Source: Octopus bimaculoides (Eukaryota). From it: 64,000 nt of DNA. The stretch spans positions 192,599,854 to 192,663,853 of the forward strand of contig NC_068981.1 of the NCBI RefSeq assembly GCF_001194135.2, in the 5' to 3' direction. Positions 1-11,467 of the stretch are shown in pieces. A model generated the notes under the pieces. That model saw only the letters and a list, made by a program, of their open reading frames with translations. It did no database searches and was not told the origin of the DNA. Each line of letters starts with the position of its first letter. Position 1 is the stretch's first letter. The position numbers and the translations under genes are program-made.

Positions 1-340
1 ATATGTATACATATACATCTCTCTCTCTCTCTCTGAAAGTATCTGTCATTACAGTATCGAAATGTGATTGTTTCAGTTAGTAGAATAGTTTCATTTTTAA
101 AGTGAAAGTATTTGACATGAGTGTTTTTGTTTCACTTTCGACACGTAATACTTAAATAGTGGAGGAGATATTATGTTGCCGTGGGCTCGAACTCTGCAAG
201 AAGTTAAAATTTTTTTTGACTAAAACACAACTGGAACCCTAAGTAAGGCATCTGTAAAATTTGAATGAAATTGGTTGCGTAGTTCTCGAGTTTTAGGGAT
301 TCACACAGACAGACACACATTCTCATTTTTATATATATAG
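1..340 (+). mobile_element. 3' part of a non-autonomous Helitron/Helentron-like (HINE/DINE-type) repeat
   Basis: AAATTTGAATGAAATTGGTTGCGTAGTTCTCGAG...CAGACAGAC...TTTTATATATATAGAT resembles HINE/DINE 3' architecture; recognised by pattern only. Confidence 0.4.
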
Positions 341-539
341 ATACCTTCATGGACAAAAAAAGAGGGATTGGTCAGTCTAGTTTCGATCCTATGGTGGAAT
401 TTTGTTGGCAACTGAGCATCCTTTTTAACTAGCCACAAGACATTGCTTATAGATCCACTATTGCTAAGGGCTTCAGTAAAACAGATAGACCAACTTATAT
501 ATATAGATAGTATATACAAATAAATACATATCTACCATG

Positions 540-938
540 GATCGTAGGGCGACATGCCATGCTTGAGGAAACCTATTGAGTCAGGCACATCAATATCAAA
601 TCAAATGGAAATTGTAGTTGTGACCCCATGCTGGTGGCACATAAAAAGCACCATCCGAACGTGGCCGTTGCCAGTGCCGCCTTGACTGACTTCCGTGCCG
701 GTGGCACATAAAAAACACCATCTGATCATGGTCGATGCCAGCTCCTCTGGCCCCTGTGCCAGTGGTTCGTAAAAAGCACTCACTATACTCTCAGAGTGGT
801 TGGCATTAGGAAGGGCATCTAGCTGTAGAAACACTGCCAGATCAGATTGGGGCCTGGTGCAGCCCCCTGGCTTCCCAGACCCCATTCAAATCGCCCAACC
901 CATGCCAGAATGGAAAACAGATGTTAAATGATGATGAT
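540..938 (+). mobile_element. RTE-LINE 3' UTR/tail copy with three ~55-60 bp internal units
   Basis: Units GGTGGCAC(G/A)TAAAAAGCACC..., then GGAAGGGCATC..CTGTAGAAA, CCAACCCATGCCAG.ATGGAAA and a (GAT)n tail. Same sequence as the 3' end of the LINE at 22450-22895. Confidence 0.85.
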
Positions 939-968
939 GTGTGTGTGTGTGTGTATAACAAATTATTT

Positions 969-1412
969 NNNNNNNNNNNNNNNNNNNNNNNNNNNNNNNN
1001 NNNNNNNNNNNNNNNNNNNNNNNNNNNNNNNNNNNNNNNNNNNNNNNNNNNNNNNNNNNNNNNNNNNNNNNNNNNNNNNNNNNNNNNNNNNNNNNNNNNN
1101 NNNNNNNNNNNNNNNNNNNNNNNNNNNNNNNNNNNNNNNNNNNNNNNNNNNNNNNNNNNNNNNNNNNNNNNNNNNNNNNNNNNNNNNNNNNNNNNNNNNN
1201 NNNNNNNNNNNNNNNNNNNNNNNNNNNNNNNNNNNNNNNNNNNNNNNNNNNNNNNNNNNNNNNNNNNNNNNNNNNNNNNNNNNNNNNNNNNNNNNNNNNN
1301 NNNNNNNNNNNNNNNNNNNNNNNNNNNNNNNNNNNNNNNNNNNNNNNNNNNNNNNNNNNNNNNNNNNNNNNNNNNNNNNNNNNNNNNNNNNNNNNNNNNN
1401 NNNNNNNNNNNN
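969..1412. other. Assembly gap (N run)
   Basis: Run of N. Confidence 1.
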
Positions 1413-2284
1413 GGGGGGGGGTTAGGGAGCTACACCAAAGAAAGCATAATGCAAATCAACTAAAGAAAAATTTATTATATTTATACAGGAAAGACTGTTG
1501 TAGGCCACAGCGGAGGATCATTGGCCCAAACGCTACTCTTTCAGCTATTGGACAGCAGCCATACTAGAGCACATCTTTTCAAGGATTTTTACTCAAACAA
1601 ATTGACTCCCGCACTTTTTAAGTCTCATCTTTATTTAACTGGTCTCTTTCTGCTACACCACTAAGCTACAGGGATGGAAACAAACCAACACCACTTGTCA
1701 AGAGGAGGGAGTGACAAACACAAATACTTAAAACTTACTCTTTCAAGTAAGCATGCAAAGGGAAAGGATGTAGTGGCCTTGATGCATCAACCCACTAATC
1801 TCGCCTTGCTTTCATCTTCACACCTCTATGGTTGCCTCCAAGCCCCTTTTCTCTCACTGCTTCCCCCAACCCTGCCTCTCTCTCCTCCCTCCCACAAAAC
1901 CCTCACATCCCATTTTCCTCAGCTTCAGATCCTTGCTGCCCTCATTTCTTTCTCAATCTCAAGCCTTTCCTTTTAACCCTTAACACAAGACAATGCTAGA
2001 TTACTCCAACCAGTCACCCTTCTCCCCTCCCCTCCCCTTCTCTCATTTCTTCCTTCAGTTGTGGTACTTCTTTAGGTTTTGCCAGTTGTAAGGCAACCTC
2101 ACTAGTGCTGGTGTCAGAAAAAAAAGAGCACTTGGTGTACTCTGTAAAGTGAAAAGCATGGCATCCACTTGTAGAAACCATACTAAAACTGAGACACTGG
2201 AGCCTGATGCTGTCATCTGATGCATCAGACCCTTTCAAACCTTCTAACCCATGACAGCATGGAAGACAAAAGCAAAATGATAAT

Positions 2285-2685
2285 ATATGCTTAGCGGTAT
2301 TTCATCTGTCTTTATGTTCTGAGTTCAAATTCTGCCGAGGTTGACTTTGCCTTTCATCCTTTTGGGGCCGACAAATTAAGTCCTAGTTGCATTACTGGGT
2401 CGATCTAATTGACTGGCCCCCACCCCAAAAATTTCGGGCCTTATGCCTAGAGTAGAAAAGAATATTTTGGTAACTTCAAGGCGGTGAGCTGGCAGAACCG
2501 TTAGCACTCCAGGCGAAATCCTTAGCATTATCTCATCTGTCTCTATGTTCAGAGTTCAAATTCCGCCAAGGTTGACTTTGCCTTCCAACCTTTCAGGGTC
2601 GATAAATTAAGTACCAGTTATGTACTGGGATCGATCTAATTGACTGGCCCACTCCCCCAAAATTTCAGCCCTTGTGCTGGTGGCA
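2285..2685 (+). mobile_element. Two tandem tRNA-derived SINE copies (family B)
   Basis: GGCGGTGAGCTGGCAGAA head, B-box-like GAGTTCAAATTCC, central GCCTTTCATCCTTT.GGGGTCGATAAA domain; tail CCTAGAGTAGAAAAGAAT resumes at about 2997. Confidence 0.85.
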
Positions 2686-2996
2686 CATTAGAAATCATTC
2701 TTCGAGTGAGGTTGTTGCCAGTGCCGCTGGACTGGCTCCTGTGCAGGTGACACGTAGAAAACACCATTTTGAGCGTGGCCGTTGCCAGTACTGTCTGACT
2801 GGCCCTCGTGCTGGTGGCACGTAAAAGCATCCACTACACTCTTGGAGTGGTTGGCGTTAGGAAGGGCATCCAGCTGCAGAAACTCTGCCAAATCAGATTG
2901 GAGCCTGGTGTAGCCATCTGGTTCGCCAGTCCCCAGTCAAATTGTCCAACCCATGCTAGCATGGAAAGCGGACGTCAAATGATGATGACGATGATG
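2686..2996 (+). mobile_element. RTE tail inserted into the 3' end of a family-B SINE
   Basis: The SINE sequence is split at GTGC and resumes after the (GAT)n tail as GTGCCTAGAGTAGAAAAG. Confidence 0.75.
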
Positions 2997-4187
2997 TGCC
3001 TAGAGTAGAAAAGAATATATATCTCATCATTACTTGAGGCCCACTTTCCAGGATGATGGTTCTAAAGTTACGGATGCAAAAACAAAAATTTACAAATTAT
3101 TATCTCAGACATCATACAGTTAAGAAGTTTGCTTTTCAAGCACATCACTTCAGGTTCAGGTCTACTGCACTGCACTTCAATCAAGTGCCTTCTACTATAT
3201 AGCCCATGGCCAACAAAAGGCTTGTGGATGGATTTGGCAGACAGAAACTGAAGGAGCCTGTTGAATGTGCCTCTCCCTATCGTGACACTGCATTATAGTT
3301 GTGTTATTATCATTCATTTCCAGTATTTAGTGAAAGCACATCAGGTCATGGGGTTGGCAACAGGAAAGGCATCCAGCTGTTGAAAATCCACCTTAATAAA
3401 CTCCATCTGGCCTTTGTAAGCATGAAAAATTGATGTTAAATGATGATGATTTGTTGAAGTATTTGAAACCTGAGAAGATGGTTTTGAGTGTCTCAGGGAT
3501 GATGTCTTTCATCATTATTTCACCTTCGTACCTAACAGCTCCCCCCACCCCCTCTCTCTCAATAACCTGAGGGTTTAGATTTCTTCATTGAATGCTTTAG
3601 AATTGGGTATAACTCATAAATTACATTGGATCACCAATCACTTGGTGCAAGGGATTCTTATTTAGCCACAAGTTGGTCCTGAATGAGCAAAACTTATCGA
3701 GACAACCCTCTCAGTAAATCTGTTCCTCTCTCTAAACACTTCCCCCAATCAGCACTCTTGTTTTGTTTTCAGTCATAGCAGCTCTTTAGTTGAATTACAA
3801 AATGACCTCTTTATGCTGTTGACACATAACTCTGCCCCCCCCCCCCCAAAAAAAAACAGTGCACTCTGTAAAGCGGAATAATCTTATTGAGTGGAGAGGA
3901 CTTAAAATTTTTTAGTGGGGATGAGACATCCTCTGGAATGGTGCAATGGAAACAATGTACCCAGAACACTTCGTCAAATTGTTGGTGTTAGGAAGGACAC
4001 ACAACTGTAGAAATCATATGAAAGGTATGAAAGGTGAGACAGGAGCAAGGCAAGCTTATTTGTTGGATCCTGCTGGACTGTCTGAACCAATGGTTTCCAA
4101 ATGGGGTCCATATAAGATGTTGCAAAAGTTTACGTACAATAAATTGGTTATACTTCAACAACAGACAAAATACAGTTCTATATTTAA

Positions 4188-5192
4188 CCCTTCCGTTACT
4201 AACCCGGCCGTAGCATTTTTTGGTTCATAAGACTAACCCGGCCGAGCGTACCCGTTGTTATTTAAATGTATATTTGAACCCAAATCTCATTAGTACATTC
4301 GTTAAAACACCCGATTTCACTTTGCAAACAGTTGAGTTATTGTCTCCAACATTGTTTGGCGTGATATTTGAACTCAGTGAATTTTGGAAGATTTTTTTCC
4401 ACATTTTTTGCGGCGTTGATTTTTTTTCAACTTTGAAGATGGAGAGGAGTTTCATGCTATCAAGCAGTGATTCCGAATTTGAAGGTTTTTCAACAGAAGA
4501 TATGGAGATATCGAAGAAAAGAATGAANNNNNNNNNNNNNNNNNNNNNNNNNNNNNNNNNNNNNNNNNNNNNNNNNNNNNNNNNNNNNNNNNNNNNNNNN
4601 NNNNNNNNNNNNNNNNNNNNNNNNNNNNNNNNNNNNNNNNNNNNNNNNNNNNNNNNNNNNNNNNNNNNNNNNNNNNNNNNNNNNNNNNNNNNNNNNNNNN
4701 NNNNNNNNNNNNNNNNNNNNNNNNNNNNNNNNNNNNNNNNNNNNNNNNNNNNNNNNNNNNNNNNNNNNNNNNNNNNNNNNNNNNNNNNNNNNNNNNNNNN
4801 NNNNNNNNNNNNNNNNNNNNNNNNNNNNNNNNNNNNNNNNNNNNNNNNNNNNNNNNNNNNNNNNNNNNNNNNNNNNNNNNNNNNNNNNNNNNNNNNNNNN
4901 NNNNNNNNNNNNNNNNNNNNNNNNNNNNNNNNNNNNNNNNNNNNNNNNNNNNNNNNNNNNNNNNNNNNNNNNNNNNNNNNNNNNNNNNNNNNNNNNNNNN
5001 NNNNNNNNNNNNNNNNNNNNNNNNNNNNATTAAGAACCCTTTCTTTAATTATGTTCCAAATATCACATTAATATGTTGATAAATAAAAAGTTACAGGTGT
5101 TTAATGAGACTAGTCTAAATTCATGATTATTTTAGAATTTAATTGAAACTCATGAGGGGTGTATTTTGGTCAGAAATATAGTAACGAAAGGG
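4188..5192 (+). mobile_element. piggyBac-type DNA transposon, centre unsequenced
   Basis: TTAA TSDs at 4184-4187 and 5193-5196; TIRs CCCTTCCGTTACT / AGTAACGAAAGGG (12/13 match); acidic ORF start MERSFMLSSSDSEFEGFSTEDME at 4440 runs into the gap. Confidence 0.85.
4528..5028. other. Assembly gap (N run)
   Basis: Run of N. Confidence 1.
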
Positions 5193-5218
5193 TTAAGAGA
5201 TGAGGAATTCTGTACATT

Positions 5219-5540
5219 ATTTACATTTGACGGATATTTGTCCCCATCTTGTTTGTTGTTAATACGTTTTGGCTGATATACCCTCCAGCCTTCATCAGGT
5301 GTCTTGAGGAAGTTTTGAATCTAGGTTTGTATATGGCATAGTGGTTAAGAGCATGGGCTACTAACCCCAAGATTCCGAGTTTGATTCCAGACAGTGACCT
5401 GAATAACAATAACATCGAAAAATACCTTGGGAATGAAAACCCAGGTTCGAAATCTCCCCAAGACACCTGATGAAGGTTGGAGGGTATATCAGCCAAAACG
5501 TTGTGTTAACAACAGAGGACAAATATCCATCAATTGTAAA
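5219..5540 (+). mobile_element. tRNA-headed SINE bracketed by inverted Penelope-type tails
   Basis: A box TGGCATAGTGG (5334-5344) and B box GAGTTTGATTCC (5377-5388). 5219-5326 is the reverse complement of 5438-5540, and each arm contains CCTGATGAAGG..GGAGGGTATATCAGCCAAAACG. Confidence 0.75.
5462..5507 (+). ncRNA. Degenerate minimal hammerhead ribozyme motif (Penelope type)
   Basis: Stem I GACAC/GTGTT, core CTGATGA, stem II GGTTG/CAGCC, then AAAAC instead of GAAAC, palindromic AACGTT with GTT triplet. G12 is mutated, so it is probably inactive. Confidence 0.5.
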
Positions 5541-8500
5541 AAACAGACAAAATATAAATTTTTTTTTACGATTCTTATAAAAATAGGGCTCTTAAAATAT
5601 TTAATGGCAGGTTCCAGTTGAGTAAAATAGGAATCAAAAAGGGTCCAAAGCCAAACAATGGTTGAGTATCACTGGACTAAACCATAACAGCATGGAAAAC
5701 AGACATAAAATGATATCTAGGACTACATTATACATGTCCCTTTTACTTTAGGTTGGTAATGTATAAATTGAGGGAGATTTGTCTGTAATTGGCAGCTTGT
5801 TGAGCAACAACCTGTAGGCTTCTACATTGATGTTGCCTCAGGACAACATCTATGACTGGAAAGCCGTCCAGTAGTTACTGAAGTTACATTTAGTTGTGTA
5901 CCTCTGTGCCATATGAATTTTCCAAGGAGAACAATTCAAAAAGTTGAAAATATGGATAGCAATGTTTAAATAACTCCACTTTTGTGAGCATTATTAACAA
6001 AACTCTAGCTGAATAATGATCCCACTGCACTCTTGATGATCCCATGTAAAAAGCACTGGTGCTTTTTAAGTACCAGTTGAGTACTGGGATCAATGTAATC
6101 GATTTACCCCATCCCTCAAAATTGATGGCCTTGTACCAAAATTTGAAACCAATATTTAATAAATCATAAAGGCCAGTAGTCTTGGTAATATTTAGTTAAG
6201 GTCTTGTTATGTCCCTGAGAACCAACTTTGCCTTTAATCCTTGAAGGGAGTGCCATATAACTTAAGCATCAGGAGTTTCATCCTGTTCCCACAAAAAAAA
6301 AAGTTTTGTACTATAAAATTAGAAATTCATTTTTTTTTTAAACATATAAAATATAATAACTTTAACATTTATTACCTTCCCTAGATTTGTCATACAACAC
6401 TTAAAAGAAAGAGAAATTGAGGGATGAGGCTTTATGCCAGGTGAAGCAAAGAGAGGTTAGTGTATGCTAGAATAGCTACCTTGCTGTAGGGGACATACAT
6501 GGCTACCCCAGATGGAAAAGAGAGAAAAGATATAGTGGTGAAGATATGTCAGGAGATACCCTCAAGTATTAGGAAGGTAAATATAAGTGGAAGTCATATT
6601 GTAAATGATACCCTGTAAAATGGTTGGAAGAGCATCCTACAACAGAAACCAAGTCAAAACAGACTGGAGCCTGGTGTGGCCCTTAGCCTTATCAGCTCCT
6701 GTCAATTTATCCAACCCATGCCAGCATGAAAATGGATGTATGAGGAAGGTGTCTGCTTTGATTATCCCCCAGTCAGCCCTATTCAAGATGCTGGAGCATC
6801 TATTGAAGATGCTCCAGTTGTGACAAAGCTCCCTTTGTTTTTTAGTCTATCCATGACTACATAACCCAACTTTCTAAGATAACAGAGTGGTTTTAGGGAG
6901 ATTTGGCAGTGAAGTGATGACTAAGGAGAAGCCTTCTTGTTGGCTTCTCATATGTTGAGACTGAAACAAAAAAAAAAGGTGGAATTAGGACAAGTGGTAG
7001 AAAGGCTGATGCCTCATTAACCTCTTAACCAGCCAAGCTCTAAAGGACAATTTATGTTATGTAAACATTACAGGGCGATGATCTTCCTTCTAATTAAAGC
7101 ACAAGGCCAGTTTTATCTTGGTGTAAAAGATGGGCAATGGGCTTGTTAGTTGCTTGACCATAACCAGTTGAGTATTTTCCTCAGTGGTTGATATGTGCAG
7201 CTCTGATCGCGTGCAGGAGTAGAGGAACATCATACAAGGTAAGAGGGATTGTTTGAGGTTTGAATAATTCATCATCATCATTGTTTAACGTCTGCTTTCC
7301 ATGGGTTGGACGATTTGACTGAGGTCTGGTGAAACCAGATGGCTACACCAAGCTCCAATCTGATTTGGCAGAGTTTCTACAGCTGGATGCCCTTCCTAAC
7401 GCCAACCACTCAGAGAGTGTAGTGGGTGCTTTTACGTGTCACCACCTTTGGAAACATGGGTGTTTCATTCATCATGCTTTAACAAACTTTGTTGAGGGAC
7501 ATTTGAATGGAATGGGCTATTAAACCTCAAGAAAGTTCTACTTGGGCCCCATCTGCAAAGTCATCTGCTGTTTGTCTTGATAAGAGGTCACCATTTTGTG
7601 CACATATAATTGTGATGCATGTACCTGGTGTACTCTTACCAGAGGGTTAGTGATGATGGGTATATTGGGCTTCATATATGTCTAGTCCAGTGTCACTTTA
7701 ATAGCGCGTGCTGCTCTCTCACATAATAATAATAATAATGATGATAATAATGATAATAATAATAATAATAATAATAAAAATACGAAATCAGAATGATGAC
7801 AATACTCAGAAATGTATATGTGATTTTTAATTTGTTGATAAAAATATTATATGAGTGTTGTTGTTGTCAGTGTACATTTGATAAAACTCAAAATTTATGA
7901 TTACATTAAACTGTGATTAACATAGTATAAGAGGACAAAGGTAGCTTATAGACAAATGGTCAGATGGAAAAGCTGTTAAACCATTATTGATAATAAGATG
8001 TTGGTACACCACTTCAAACACAGATCAAGAAGCTGAGTAGAGAGAATGAGTTGTTACCAAAACAGAACCGGTCACTTTTTGAGTAACAAAAATACAATCT
8101 GTGAAATCATTGTACAAGAAATGGATAGACATTGTCATACACATAGAAATTATTGTATGTTTTGTTTGTTTGCTGCACATGTAACGTTCAAATGACAATG
8201 TTTTTATTGTTATACATTTGGGTGCAGAATACCATGGTGAAGTTGATATATAACAGTAGCTTTTCACAGCCAGCAACTGGATAAAAGAAACCTCTCACCC
8301 AATATATTATATGTTTGTGTATGTATACATACATACATGTGAGTGTGTGTGTGTGTGTGTGTTCAGCTCAGCAAGAGATCTGGCAGAAAATCAGGTTATT
8401 GTGGGACGGTTTACATCATATACTTTACTTATCCTAAATTGTCATTTACATAACTCAAATATTGAAATATGCCTTGTGGTTTAATTACCTTAAAGAGAGG

Positions 8501-8823
8501 ATTGTCTGTGTGATGGCCATAACATAACTGAGTGAAAATGTACTTCCACTGGAGATGTTAGAAAGATGACATTATGAAATTAAACTGGTTCCAGCTAAAT
8601 ATGACATTTGAAATGTGTTGAGAGTATTTGTTTGAAATGTATTCTCCTAGCATATACTGCACCTAGATACCAGCTATGTGTGTATTGTATATACATACAT
8701 ATGCATATGTCTCAATATAAAAATGAGAGGTCTGCATTAAGAGTTAAAAATCTATTATGAAAGCAATGACCAAAAAAAGGATAAAAGACAATATGGGAAG
8801 GACAAGTTTTAATATTGTATTGA

Positions 8824-9100
8824 TTAAACACTTCAAGAAGGGAAAGAGACTGTTTTGAATGCTAGTCCTTCATGAGGAGAAAAAAAAGGATAAATAAAGG
8901 AGAATGAATGAGGAAAAAAAATGGGAGAGATGGGGTGTCCCTTCTAAACATCACCTCCCTTAGAACTGCATGACTGCCTGGCCCCTAACATGCTCACCAA
9001 TTTTTTGCCAACCACTTCTTATTCACATTTTATTTTTCTTCTGATGAAAGACTAGCATCCAAAACATCAAAACTCTTTCTCTTCCTCTTAAGTGTTAAAA
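8824..9100. mobile_element. Inverted pair of Penelope-type tails with hammerhead-like cores
   Basis: About 8824-8925 is the reverse complement of about 8995-9100. Cores read CTGATGAAAGACTAGCATCCAAAAC (plus) and CTCATGAAGGACTAGCATTCAAAAC (minus). Confidence 0.55.
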
Positions 9101-10073
9101 CCAACACACATTTTAAAAGCTTATCCCTCCTGTGTTGTAGTCTTTTTGTGCTTATTGCTTTCATAATCTATCTATCTATATATTATTAGTCACTTTGCTC
9201 TTTTGAGAAAATTAAACATAGAGGTTGTTTGTGACATATCAACTATAGGTAACTTAATTATGGCTAAAATAGATATCTTTATGTTTCCTCAGTATTTGTA
9301 AAGCTTAAAGAATTAAGGTTTCACAAAATACTAGAAAAAGGAGAAAAAAAGGGTACTTCAGATTGAATGAGCCCTTCCTAACAAATGTATGCAAAACCTA
9401 TATTGAAGATCTTTTTACATCATGTTTTAGCAATTGAACTACCAACTTGTCTGCTCCTAAAACGAGAAAATAAATGTAAATCCAAAACCACTTGTGTAAT
9501 TAAAAATATTTGATAATCTAACAAATCTAAGACTGATAGAAAAAAATTGTACAAGTAAAAATCAATATAAAGCTCTACCATTTTTTGGGGTTCATTTAAA
9601 AAAGGAAGTTTCTGAGGATAGAAAAACTATAAACAACACCTAACTAAAGCAGTTACTGGAAAAATAACAAAAAAACATAAAAAATAGAATGAAGGTGTGT
9701 TTAATTTAGGCTTGAGAAAATAGTTCCATAGAGGTAGTGGAGGGGATGGGGGCGGAAAGTATTGTCTACAAAAGTACTATAATACAAAGTGCAGCCTTTA
9801 AGGTATTAAGAAATCACATGTGCTTGATTCAGTCCGCAGGGCAGCAAGTTGGAGCCTGAGAAATTAAATAGCAGCATACATGAGGTGTGTGTGTGTCTGT
9901 GTGTGTGTGTGTATAGTAAGGTGGGATAGAGAGAGCTGAAACTAAAGTTATTAGAGATGTTTGTAATGTTATGTGAACAGCAGCAACAGCAGCTCAGCTG
10001 GTTACACTGATGAGATCAATGTGAGAAATAAAGAGGGAGAAAGAGGTTAAAAAAAATCATTAACATTATAGTA

Positions 10074-10079
10074 TTTATT
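10074..10079 (-). terminator. Candidate polyadenylation signal (AATAAA) for NTF2
   Basis: TTTATT on the plus strand, about 410 nt downstream of the NTF2 stop. The motif is common in AT-rich DNA. Confidence 0.35.
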
Positions 10080-10487
10080 ACTCTATTCTGATAATAGTTG
10101 TTGTTTCTATTTGTTTTTTTTTTTTGTTTTTAAATAGTGGACAAAATGAGCACAAAGTAATTTCTAAAATAAATGTGGAGTGGGTGGAGAAAACGGCTAA
10201 GAAAAGCCATAAGGTCTAATGGTGTAACTCAAGAGAATTTAAATATCTGAAATAGAGAGGAAGCAAATAGATCTTTCGGATGTTTTTTTGTTTTGCTTTT
10301 TTTTTTTTTTCTGTCTTTGATGACTGGAATACATGCATCACAGCACCAGCCATAGAGACAAGAGAAGAAATCAGTTAAAACAATTTCATCTTTAAAAGTC
10401 TTGTCCAGTTTTTTTTTTTTAAAGAGTTTTTTTTTTTGTTCTTTTGTTTTGGTTAACTGATGAAAAGAAAAAAAAAAAGGCAGAAAT

Positions 10488-10607
10488 TTATGTAACAGGG
10501 ATATTATGAATTGACAGCCTGAAGAATTCATTAATTATACTATAAGACTCTCCCTCATAGTGTAGATTGAATACCTGACTAAATGACAATGGTTTGTCAT
10601 CATCAGC
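10488..10607 (-). CDS. NUTF2: NTF2 coding exon 4, terminal (ADDDKPLSFSQVFNLHYEGESYSIINEFFRLSIHNIPVT*)
   Basis: Pyrimidine-rich CAG acceptor; 120 nt ending in TAA; motifs AD.D.P..F.Q.F.L and N..FRL. The four exons total 396 nt, or 131 aa plus stop. Confidence 0.96.
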   Translation of the reverse strand, partial: ADDDKPLSFSQVFNLHYEGESYSIINEFFRLSIHNIPVT

Positions 10608-10889
10608 CTGGAAAGAAAAAGAGAGAAACAAAATGTTTAAATATACACACAAACAGTTCAGACAATAAAGTTTGGTAGATGTGAATTTAATTAGAGACAT
10701 AGACAAAAAATGAGATTTGTAAAAACCAGAAACAATACATAGTGTGGCTGCATAATGTTAGCCATTTATAAAGTTATACTCACTGTTGTTCCAGTATGTA
10801 AAAAAAAACCAGCTTACAGTTGTGTTTTTTACACACACGTTAAACGACGATGATGATGATGACATAGACAATGTCATGTACATACATAC

Positions 10890-11200
10890 ACAAATTTTAT
10901 TTGTTTCAGTCATTTGACTGTGGCCATGCTGGAGCACCGCCTTTAGTCGAAGAAATCGACCCCAGGACTTTTTCTTTGTAAGCCTATTACTTATTCTATC
11001 GGTCTTTTTTGCCGAACCACTAATGTTATGGGGAAAACACAGACACACACACACACATATATATATATATACACACACATACACGACAGGCTTCTTTCAG
11101 TTTCCACCTACCAAATACACTTTCCCAAGGTGCCATGCAGTGGGGCTGAACCCAGAACCACGTCGTTGATAAGTAAGCTACTTACCAAATAGCCACTCCT
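10890..11200 (-). mobile_element. tRNA-derived CORE-like SINE (family C) with associated upstream repeat, NTF2 intron 3
   Basis: Minus strand reads GTGGCT..TGGTAAGTAGCTT...GGTTCAGCCCCACTGCATGGCACCTTGGGAAAG...GAAACTGAAAGAAGCC. Similar copies at about 13000-13170, 16350-16720, 22910-23080, 24740-24925, 33890-34020, 38870-39050, 48075-48465 and 59980-60170. Confidence 0.75.
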
Positions 11201-11289
11201 GATGTACATAATGAGTATATGCTGAGCCTGAGAAGACACAGCAAAGCTAAGTAGATTCATGTCTTTCATGCCTCCCACTCACAAAAGCC

Positions 11290-11467
11290 TGTCAAAACAC
11301 CAACCTGTCTTCTTGAAGTGGTTGGCATTGGGAAGGGTATCCAGCTGTAGAAACATTGCCAGATCAGACTGGAGCCTGTTGCAGCCTCCTGGCTTTCCAG
11401 ACCCCGGTTGAACCATCCAACCCATGCTAGCATGGAAAACGGACGTCAAACGATGACGACGATGATG
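11290..11467 (+). mobile_element. RTE 3' tail copy
   Basis: Family consensus with a GAT tail. Further plus-strand copies at about 17037-17236, 23320-23530, 24590-24725, 55065-55250, 60690-60900, 61070-61265 and 61735-62045. Confidence 0.85.

Noticed and set aside
620-800. Regular ~55-60 bp units that superficially resemble a CRISPR repeat-spacer array
   Set aside because: The units repeat in full with no unique spacers, belong to the RTE 3' UTR, have no cas genes nearby, and the DNA is eukaryotic.
5330-5400. Possible tRNA gene
   Set aside because: A and B boxes are present, but there is no paired acceptor stem and the segment is embedded in a SINE-like unit.
7996-8085. Short coiled-coil-like frame DVGTPLQTQIKKLSRENELLPKQNR
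   Set aside because: Bounded by stops, with weak splice signals and no recognisable family.
5900-8548. Minus-strand candidate exons at 8489-8548 (60 nt), 6376-6399 (24 nt) and about 5901-6008
   Set aside because: Splice signals are plausible, but the phases do not chain into one ORF and no translation resembles a known protein. RNA-seq would be needed.
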